Positions 57,901 to 64,000 of a stretch of DNA of 64,000 nucleotides are shown one piece after another (position 1 is the first letter of the stretch; each line of letters begins with the position of its first letter). Source of the DNA: a virus. The stretch lies in IMG/VR virus record IMGVR_UViG_3300007513_000009. One strand, given 5' to 3'. The position numbers were made by a program, and so were the translations under genes. The notes beneath the pieces are model-generated. The model had not been told where the DNA came from. It did no database searches and saw nothing but the letters and a program-made list of their open reading frames with translations.

Positions 57901-59740
57901 AACCAATTATCACATAGTTAGTATGTCGGTATCTTCATCCATCGGTAATGGTATAAGTAAAGTTATGGCGAAAAGGGCTAATAGGAATTTTAGAAATTCA
58001 GGTAGTATTGCAGCTGATGGTACAAGATCTCAAAATTTATTAATTGGTGAAACTTTAACTGGTTCAATTGCAGAGGTTAGGGGTTGGAGTGGTTATTTAA
58101 GTTCTTCAAAATTTAAACAACATATTTTGAATTATGAAAGTACGGTTAGTAGTCATATAACAGCTTCTTTTTCTGATATAATATATCGTTATAAATTAAA
58201 TGAAGGATATATAAATTCAGATACAAATTCTGATTTAGCATCTTTAACTATTAATGATGCAAATCCTTTAAATGTACAGGATTATACTCATTTACTTACA
58301 ACTCAAGATAATTTAAATTTTAGAACTGTAACTACAGAACAGACTTTTTATGTATTTGTTGTTCGTGGTGTTGGTGATGTTTTAAATAATAATATGATGA
58401 ATCTTTATCCTGAATTATATTCTCAAGGAAGTTTAAATCCATTTTTTGATTCTTTGACACAACCTTATGATGGAACTCCTGGTAGAATTTTTTCAAATAA
58501 TTTTGGTACAAATTTATCATATGTTAATGCAATAGATTCATTAATTTTTAATATGATTCCTGATTTTAGTTTGGAAAATCATATAGGAGATTATGATACA
58601 ACATTATCTGATATTTATAGAGATTTATTATTATTAAGAAAATCATTAATAGGAAATTCACAGATTACTGTAGATGTACAAAGTAATTTAAGTAGCGTAG
58701 AAAATTTTGTTAGTTTAATAGATGTTGATGTTCTTGAAGAACTTATGCCGGCTAATACACAATTAAATTTTTCATATGATATAATGAATGATGTATTGTA
58801 TAGAAATAAATTTAAAAATCCAAAATTACAAACTGAATTAAATCCGAATCAAGTTGTTGGTAGTGCAAGTTTTGCTAAATTAAATATAGAAACATTTCTC
58901 AATAATAATGTAAAAAATGCTATTGTTGATGTAACCGATGAAGAGTTAACACTATCATCTACATTAAATAATAATTATAAAGAAGGAACTGTTTTGGCGG
59001 GAACAGAAGAATTAACTATCAGTTCCACATTAAATGATAAAATTAAATCTGCAGAAATAAAAAGTAATACTATATATTCTCTTTCTTCAGAAACAGTTTC
59101 CATTAAATCGAATGCAGTTTCATTAAATACTGTAGATTTAACAAATTCATATAGAGAGAATGTTTATGATTTAATACCAAGCAATTTCACCAATCTTTTA
59201 TTAGGTTCAAAGAATGAGTTTTATAAAAATCATGGAAAGGGTCCAAATCAAACTTGGTTTAAATCTGCAAATCCTGGAACTGGTAGTACTTATAATACTT
59301 ATCGTTATGAGGATAGATTTACATTTCCAACTATAGGTGATACTGAACTTTATATACCAATAACTGCTAGTAGAACAACAGGAGTTAGACAAAAGAATAA
59401 TAAACATGATGAATTTAAAGATTTTTATAATCGCAATTTTATTGATTCTGGTCAGGGATATAGTTATTTAACTTTATATCAAGAAAATTCTTCAATAGAT
59501 GGGAGAATGGTTGGTAGAACAAGTTACTTTAGTTCTTCTGAGGGTAATATTTATTATCCATCAAATCATTTTATGAACGCAAGAACTAATAAAGATGTTT
59601 TGGTTAATTTAATTTACAAAGGAACTCAACACAATGGAACTAATCCAACAAAAGATCCAATGGGTTTAGATACACAATTTACTTCATCAGCTTATACAAC
59701 AACGGTATCTGGTGAAGGTAGAGCTTTGAAAATAACATAA
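54983..59740 (+). CDS. large baseplate/tail structural protein
   Basis: IDEVSSTRKEIR, IDYSEFKNHIYFGSA, FVNMLGEEFD, NNLIYIYKTKGSIESIKSLLNIYG (P2 gpI-like wedge segment). Confidence 0.65.
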   Translation: MDIKYTYNSDVMSVISGSEARTLPVFEPDFKIKLSVYSNGIYRDSFVLEEDKDYYIKRGGEDVIILKPNDKLDEGGFFQGDYELQYDFIQRIEVATYIDEVSSTRKEIRVRSKDEGVVSNESFISTTYAVLHDNDGQYRFDGFIELPDNEYIPINSFAEDRFTHIFPEDYETENLQGQPNPTLIFKLNNPLSNQIGRLYQDFKIVRKFLPTQTQEIFLADVESLAIRAKALEVDVSGDPEETLNDVGYESYGTITGSFGGGIIDDFKRDKKDLNLNIDYSEFKNHIYFGSAVSKIENFKDKAVELEGLYRSLTFTLHLSSSVDIKNKRKKLFKDIKEIESNFTSYERFLYTDGQNYSTASAPGLGVNLAGSNFDNKFGFVTSSVDFDGFDKIHHFTSSNAPLHMFTNIYDVAEPPFYNTNNWVYLSFILSGDRASDATYDLITENSSSNVIYGNGSLSEFTYNKNVTLPEEAASGSTLLNPTATGSEYKRYIIKAQQNYWRPVENKNIINISWPVAELNEDYEILSGSNVISASISGSVGDGFAYGILDTSGQHTPYFFPNRVDEKGLMNPFTKVTGSVLPQGDLFPIRIKENGNYETYVSDVRVTYKDPTNTHPFSPIYRPPSGSYAGSTEWNSWYTGTLSSASLYDNDNIHSLVNNLPSFLREDNQHKTLRDFVNMLGEEFDLLRNYIDNYLNFYKLGYKNPNTVPNNLLPVIADSSGWKLISSMSSSLSDYIETNKTEEIGSKNAIDATWKKILNNLIYIYKTKGSIESIKSLLNIYGFNADSFGLREYGGSVQEHNPTVITNDAQDLLDGLGGTTGSITFVESIKPFSMLNVSSGSANFGNNRFGVDWFCSGSEPNGLELVFNAEEPTSNVTQSLMRLSGSNNDLWNINLIPEHNTSTTKGKIQFRLNRTANGSGTTHFSMETPLIDNLFGDNIYNLILQRNSGSDFEDGFPLSQSYQMFVGRKDDDAITNYHIVSMSVSSSIGNGISKVMAKRANRNFRNSGSIAADGTRSQNLLIGETLTGSIAEVRGWSGYLSSSKFKQHILNYESTVSSHITASFSDIIYRYKLNEGYINSDTNSDLASLTINDANPLNVQDYTHLLTTQDNLNFRTVTTEQTFYVFVVRGVGDVLNNNMMNLYPELYSQGSLNPFFDSLTQPYDGTPGRIFSNNFGTNLSYVNAIDSLIFNMIPDFSLENHIGDYDTTLSDIYRDLLLLRKSLIGNSQITVDVQSNLSSVENFVSLIDVDVLEELMPANTQLNFSYDIMNDVLYRNKFKNPKLQTELNPNQVVGSASFAKLNIETFLNNNVKNAIVDVTDEELTLSSTLNNNYKEGTVLAGTEELTISSTLNDKIKSAEIKSNTIYSLSSETVSIKSNAVSLNTVDLTNSYRENVYDLIPSNFTNLLLGSKNEFYKNHGKGPNQTWFKSANPGTGSTYNTYRYEDRFTFPTIGDTELYIPITASRTTGVRQKNNKHDEFKDFYNRNFIDSGQGYSYLTLYQENSSIDGRMVGRTSYFSSSEGNIYYPSNHFMNARTNKDVLVNLIYKGTQHNGTNPTKDPMGLDTQFTSSAYTTTVSGEGRALKIT

Positions 59741-59794
59741 TAGATATATAAAACTTTTTTTGGATATATTTATTAACAAACAGGGAAAGATATT

Positions 59795-60433
59795 ATGGGT
59801 TTACTTGATAATGATACAGTAATAGTTGACGCTATTTTAACAAAGGCTGGCAGACGGAAATTAGCAGAAGGTCAGCCAATTGGAATTACACAATTCGCAT
59901 TCGGTGATACTGGAGTGGATTATACTTTATATAATCCAAATCACCCCGATGGTTCTTCTGCTTATGGTTCAGCAATAACTTCATTACCACAAATGGAAGC
60001 TGTACCGCATGAGTTGGTTTTTATGAGATCAAAACTTTGGGGAACTGGACAACGAAATGTACAAACTTATTCATATATAAATTTACAAAATACTACAGAA
60101 ACAATTTCAAAAACAAATGCATCAGGTGGAGAAGGGTTTACAAGTCAACCAATTACTATTGTTGCATCTGTTGTGCCTATAGTACAAAATCCCAGCTATA
60201 CATTTAGAATTTTAGATGCTAGGGGTTTGATAATAAATGATGATTCTACAATAACTTCTCCTTTTGATAGTCCAGATGTTTTTCCTTATCAAGTAAGTGG
60301 TCCGGATTTGACTTTGAATGCTAGGGCTGGAGAAATAACTGCACAGAAAGTAATTGGTGTTGAAGTTCGTAGAGATGGTTCCGCTCCGGCCTTTTGTACT
60401 GTAACTATAGAATCAAATACTTCTAATACTTAA
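59795..60433 (+). CDS. baseplate/tail-fibre attachment-type structural protein
   Basis: MGLLDNDTVIVDAILTKAGRRKLA…ITQFAFGDTGVDY. Confidence 0.6.
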   Translation: MGLLDNDTVIVDAILTKAGRRKLAEGQPIGITQFAFGDTGVDYTLYNPNHPDGSSAYGSAITSLPQMEAVPHELVFMRSKLWGTGQRNVQTYSYINLQNTTETISKTNASGGEGFTSQPITIVASVVPIVQNPSYTFRILDARGLIINDDSTITSPFDSPDVFPYQVSGPDLTLNARAGEITAQKVIGVEVRRDGSAPAFCTVTIESNTSNT

Positions 60434-60448
60434 TGAATAGGAATTGAT

Positions 60449-61519
60449 ATGTTAAAAAGTATAAATCCACAAAATGATGTAGTGATAACTGAAATTACTG
60501 TTACGAATGGTTTTTTTGGAAGTGCTGGTACTGGTACTGTAGCTGCAAATACTATAAAAACTGCTTCTTTATCTGCTACACAAAAAGAATATTATTATAA
60601 TTTACAATATGGTTCCACAGATCATTTTACTGTAGCTTATGGACATATGCGTGGTAGTGGTAGTAATGCTGATGCTGCAAATGAAGTAGGTTCAACAGAG
60701 GCTATATATAAAGGATTTTATAATTTAGTAGAACCATCATCAGATAAATTAAGAGATGGTGCTGGTTGGTTGATAGCTGATGGTACAGATAGTACAAATC
60801 CAGTAACACAATCTGATTGTTATTTTATTGTTGCTGAAAGACTTCAGATGAAAGATAGGTTGAATCCTGGAACTTGGACAATATCATTGAGTGGTTCGAT
60901 AGCAAATGGTACTGGTAAAACTTTAAATTTAACAGATAATAGTGTTAATAATGATCCAGAAGCTCCAGGCTCTCCATTTGGTCCAAGATATTCTGTAAAG
61001 TCTGGTTCTGCTGGTACATTATATGCTTCAGATACTCGTGAATATGGTAAGTTTTATCCTGATGCTGGATTGGTTGTATTGAGTGCAAATGCTCTTTCTT
61101 CTTCGTTGCCAGGTAAACCCGCTTATCAACAAGCAGCTGATCCATTTGCTACTTTTGTTGGGGTTGGGGTAAATCCAGATACTGGAAGTGATGATAATGC
61201 AGCCGATAATGCTGGAAAGTTGGCAGCATGTATGATATCTTCTTCACAGACAATGCGTTCAGAAGAACAGCAATATATTTATGATTATTTTTGTAGAGCT
61301 AGAGCTAATGAATTTAATCTTACTAATAATGTAACATTTTGGAGTGGTTCTCAATATAAAATAAGACATAATGATATGGTAGCAAATCCACAAACATATT
61401 TAAGTGAAGTTGGATTATATGATAATACAGGAGAATTAATGGCAATTGGAAGAATAAGTTCTCCATTGAATAAAAACTTTAGTTCAGAGGCAATCGTTAA
61501 AGTACGATTGACTTATTAA
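60449..61519 (+). CDS. tail-collar/fibre-attachment-like structural protein
   Basis: C-terminal TYLSEVGLYDNTGELMAIGRISSP…VRLTY. Confidence 0.65.
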   Translation: MLKSINPQNDVVITEITVTNGFFGSAGTGTVAANTIKTASLSATQKEYYYNLQYGSTDHFTVAYGHMRGSGSNADAANEVGSTEAIYKGFYNLVEPSSDKLRDGAGWLIADGTDSTNPVTQSDCYFIVAERLQMKDRLNPGTWTISLSGSIANGTGKTLNLTDNSVNNDPEAPGSPFGPRYSVKSGSAGTLYASDTREYGKFYPDAGLVVLSANALSSSLPGKPAYQQAADPFATFVGVGVNPDTGSDDNAADNAGKLAACMISSSQTMRSEEQQYIYDYFCRARANEFNLTNNVTFWSGSQYKIRHNDMVANPQTYLSEVGLYDNTGELMAIGRISSPLNKNFSSEAIVKVRLTY

Positions 61520-61527
61520 GTGATCTT

Positions 61528-62487
61528 ATGCCGGAAGGAAGAAGGCTTTTTACTGAAGGTCAAGTAAACACCTATTTATTTAGAGCTCACAAAACACAAT
61601 CCCTAAGTCAAGCCAATATAACCAGATATCAATTTCTGTCGGCTTCAAATGAACCAATTTCTTCTAGTTATTATAATTTTTCTCGTATAAATTTTTATTT
61701 AAGTGGTTCTGATATAGCACAAACAAATCCTTTATTTAATTCATATCCTACTGTTGGTAATAGATTAGATGGTCAGAATATATATTTAAATAAATTTTAC
61801 GAAACTGGTTCTGTCGGATTTATATCACAATCTTTATTTGGAGATGAAATAAAAAAAGGAAGTTTTATTCTTACTGATAATTCTACTGCAAAAGAAATTA
61901 AGATTGTTGATGATTCAAATGGTAATTTATATTCAACAAATGCTGTAGATTCTAGAAGTGTCGTTGACTCTGCGGACAACGAAACTTGGGCTGGTAATAA
62001 TCCATCATCATCAAAAAATTATGTTGGAAATATATTTTATGATACTGGAGTATTCACAATAACTGAAACAGGATCATGGAGTGGTTCAAGTGATGATACC
62101 AATCCAGGCGGTGTTATAAATTATAGTGAGGTTACTACTGGTAATTATGATGTTCAATTTCAAGGAAGTTTAGATATAAAGACTTATGAATATGTATGTA
62201 GAATTGAACCAAATGATTTTAATAATACTCAAAATATGACTATCTTTAAAGAAAATGGGGGTAGAGGCCCCTTTATCCATCCTGTTACTAGTGAATCTGT
62301 TTATCTTCCCATTCACGGGCAGGGGTCTTTAAAAGATAATTTAACTTCAAGTTATTGGCCTAATTATATTACCGAAGTGGGGTTATATGATGATAATAAT
62401 GAGTTAATGGCACATGCAAGATTATCCCAACCCATACCAAAATCAACACAAATACCTATGCGATTTTTTGTTAGAATGGATTATTAA
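61528..62487 (+). CDS. paralogous tail-collar/fibre-attachment-like protein
   Basis: C-terminal YITEVGLYDDNNELMAHARLSQP…VRMDY. Confidence 0.65.
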   Translation: MPEGRRLFTEGQVNTYLFRAHKTQSLSQANITRYQFLSASNEPISSSYYNFSRINFYLSGSDIAQTNPLFNSYPTVGNRLDGQNIYLNKFYETGSVGFISQSLFGDEIKKGSFILTDNSTAKEIKIVDDSNGNLYSTNAVDSRSVVDSADNETWAGNNPSSSKNYVGNIFYDTGVFTITETGSWSGSSDDTNPGGVINYSEVTTGNYDVQFQGSLDIKTYEYVCRIEPNDFNNTQNMTIFKENGGRGPFIHPVTSESVYLPIHGQGSLKDNLTSSYWPNYITEVGLYDDNNELMAHARLSQPIPKSTQIPMRFFVRMDY

Positions 62488-62535
62488 CTTAAATAAATAA
62501 ATATTTATAGTTATAATGTAATTTTGGAGAGTCAA

Positions 62536-63825
62536 ATGTTAAAGAAAATCATAGTTAGTTTATTATTATATACACCACTATTCAGTCAAAATTTTGTATC
62601 AGACTTTTTTAAGTATTCAACTGCTTATGCTAGCTTCAGTTTAAACTCCCCAAGACATCAAGATGATAGGTTTGCTATTATCGGAGGATTTGTTACTGGT
62701 GATTTAGAAGTTGAAAGAGAAGAAAGAGAATTAGAACCAAATTTTGAAAGATCGTTTGGATTGAGAAAAATCGGTAGATTTAATTATGAACCAAAGAGGG
62801 GTGTTAAGAATGCTGGTGTTGGTGGAACTTGGTATGATGGTTCGGAACAAAATTCTAATAAGAATGCTACAATAGGGCCTGTAAGGGGTTGGGAGTATTC
62901 AATTAAATGGACTCAAGGACGAATATGGGGTGATGACTATATTAATCAAGAATATTGGTTAAGATATATAGGTGATTGGATTGTAGGTAAAGTAGGATAT
63001 ACAGAGCTAGGGTTAGAAGAAGTAGAATATAGGCATGGTGATTTAAGGATAAAGTGGTCACCTAATTTTTTAGATAATAAATTATCCATTAGTGTGGGTG
63101 CTAAACATAGACAACATCCAGTTTATGGTTTTGATGCTATGGTTTTAGATACTACTTGGTATAGAGGTTCTTGGTGGGATTTTGTAGAAAATGCTTTTGG
63201 TTGGGATGATAAAAGGTGGTATGCGGTTGATTCAGCATTTCATTACCATCCAGGAGAATTAGTATATTTTGATCCAGCGTCAGATTCTTGGATTTCTGTT
63301 CCGGGTGATGGTCCTTTCTTTAGTGGTAATGGGGAATTCCTTGGATATGATTATATGTGGTTGAATCCAGATGGTGAGATAGTAGCTTGGACAGATAGAG
63401 AATTTTTCTTATATTATTTTCCAGGTATGTTAGAAGAATATATGGATAGACTTGTAAAAGATTTAGGATATCAGAGGGAAACATCACTTATAATTGGTGT
63501 TGATTATTATCATTATGGGGATAGATGGTGGTTTCATGGTTGGGGAAATTGGATGCCATATCATTACGGACATGACAAATATTCTTATCACAATGCTGCA
63601 CATTATAAAGAGCATTTAGAGAAAGGTATGGAACCACACACGATGATGTATATGGAACCGATGTGGATGGAGTGGAATGATTATGATTTTGGTGCAATTA
63701 TCGGTATGAAGGTGCAGGAGAATCTTGGAGTTTTTGCTGAAGGCAGTTATCTTTATTATTGGGATAAGCCTGCTTATAATTTTAAAGTGGGTTTGAATTA
63801 TCAATTTGTGGGGTTTGAATTTTAA
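62536..63825 (+). CDS. putative outer-membrane beta-barrel protein
   Basis: Signal peptide MLKKIIVSLLLYTPLFS-Q, aromatic strands, C-terminal YNFKVGLNYQF…F; GGAG supports the 62536 start. Confidence 0.65.
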   Translation: MLKKIIVSLLLYTPLFSQNFVSDFFKYSTAYASFSLNSPRHQDDRFAIIGGFVTGDLEVEREERELEPNFERSFGLRKIGRFNYEPKRGVKNAGVGGTWYDGSEQNSNKNATIGPVRGWEYSIKWTQGRIWGDDYINQEYWLRYIGDWIVGKVGYTELGLEEVEYRHGDLRIKWSPNFLDNKLSISVGAKHRQHPVYGFDAMVLDTTWYRGSWWDFVENAFGWDDKRWYAVDSAFHYHPGELVYFDPASDSWISVPGDGPFFSGNGEFLGYDYMWLNPDGEIVAWTDREFFLYYFPGMLEEYMDRLVKDLGYQRETSLIIGVDYYHYGDRWWFHGWGNWMPYHYGHDKYSYHNAAHYKEHLEKGMEPHTMMYMEPMWMEWNDYDFGAIIGMKVQENLGVFAEGSYLYYWDKPAYNFKVGLNYQFVGFEF

Positions 63826-63826
63826 T

Positions 63827-63967
63827 ATGCCAAATAAAAATGCTAAACAAAGAAAATGGAAACGTCAAAAAGCTAATAAGTGGTTAGCAGAAAATGGTCG
63901 AACTGCAAATCAAATTAAAAAAAAGAAACAAAAACAAAAAAATTTATTGAATAAACGAGGATTATAA
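63827..63967 (+). CDS. small basic protein
   Basis: MPNKNAKQRKWKRQKANKWLAENGRTANQ…, read by hand. Confidence 0.5.
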   Translation: MPNKNAKQRKWKRQKANKWLAENGRTANQIKKKKQKQKNLLNKRGL

Positions 63968-64000
63968 TGAATGGGGGTCTTAAAATAGGAAGATTGCTTT

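Noticed and set aside
434-63804. Most minus-strand and nested alternative-frame ORFs of 60-160 aa
   Set aside because: They are shadows of well-supported + strand genes, with no recognisable motifs.
1-64000. Genome-wide stop-codon reassignment
   Set aside because: Long genes are intact in code 11, and TGA, TAG and TAA all terminate recognisable proteins, often in ATGA/TAATG overlaps.
1-64000. CRISPR array, IS element, integrase, reverse transcriptase/DGR, tRNA-Sec
   Set aside because: No regularly spaced repeats or diagnostic motifs were seen in this window.

Overview
AT-rich (~30% GC by eye), gene-dense segment almost entirely on the + strand. It is best explained as part of a large or jumbo myovirus genome with a Gram-negative host. 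Positions 1-35.4 kb hold accessory and early genes behind a repeated sigma70-like promoter (CTTGACT-N17/18-TATATT/TATCTT): IMPDH-like enzyme, beta-barrel proteins, Hsp20, a J-domain protein, a DUF4338/GHKL-nuclease/glycosyltransferase cluster, three 2OG-Fe(II) oxygenases, a VWA + MoxR pair, and HNH, SLT and HD proteins. From ~35.9 kb there is a sigma factor followed by baseplate and tail genes (gp25-like, gp6-like, tail-collar-like). Top observations: (1) one predicted transcript carrying a ~630-nt highly structured non-coding RNA, an aberrant tRNA-Gly(UCC) and a Mom-family DNA-modifying enzyme, suggesting a dedicated glycyl-donor tRNA for DNA hypermodification; (2) an un-called SelW/Rdx-family selenoprotein gene (CxxU, in-frame TGA plus SECIS-like hairpin), and a second TGA-readthrough candidate; (3) four tandem proteins sharing an MIKL(K/I)(D/E)LLxE leader fused to unrelated cargo domains; (4) hairpin RNAs displaying anti-Shine-Dalgarno loops. 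All family assignments come from motifs recognised by eye; no searches were run.
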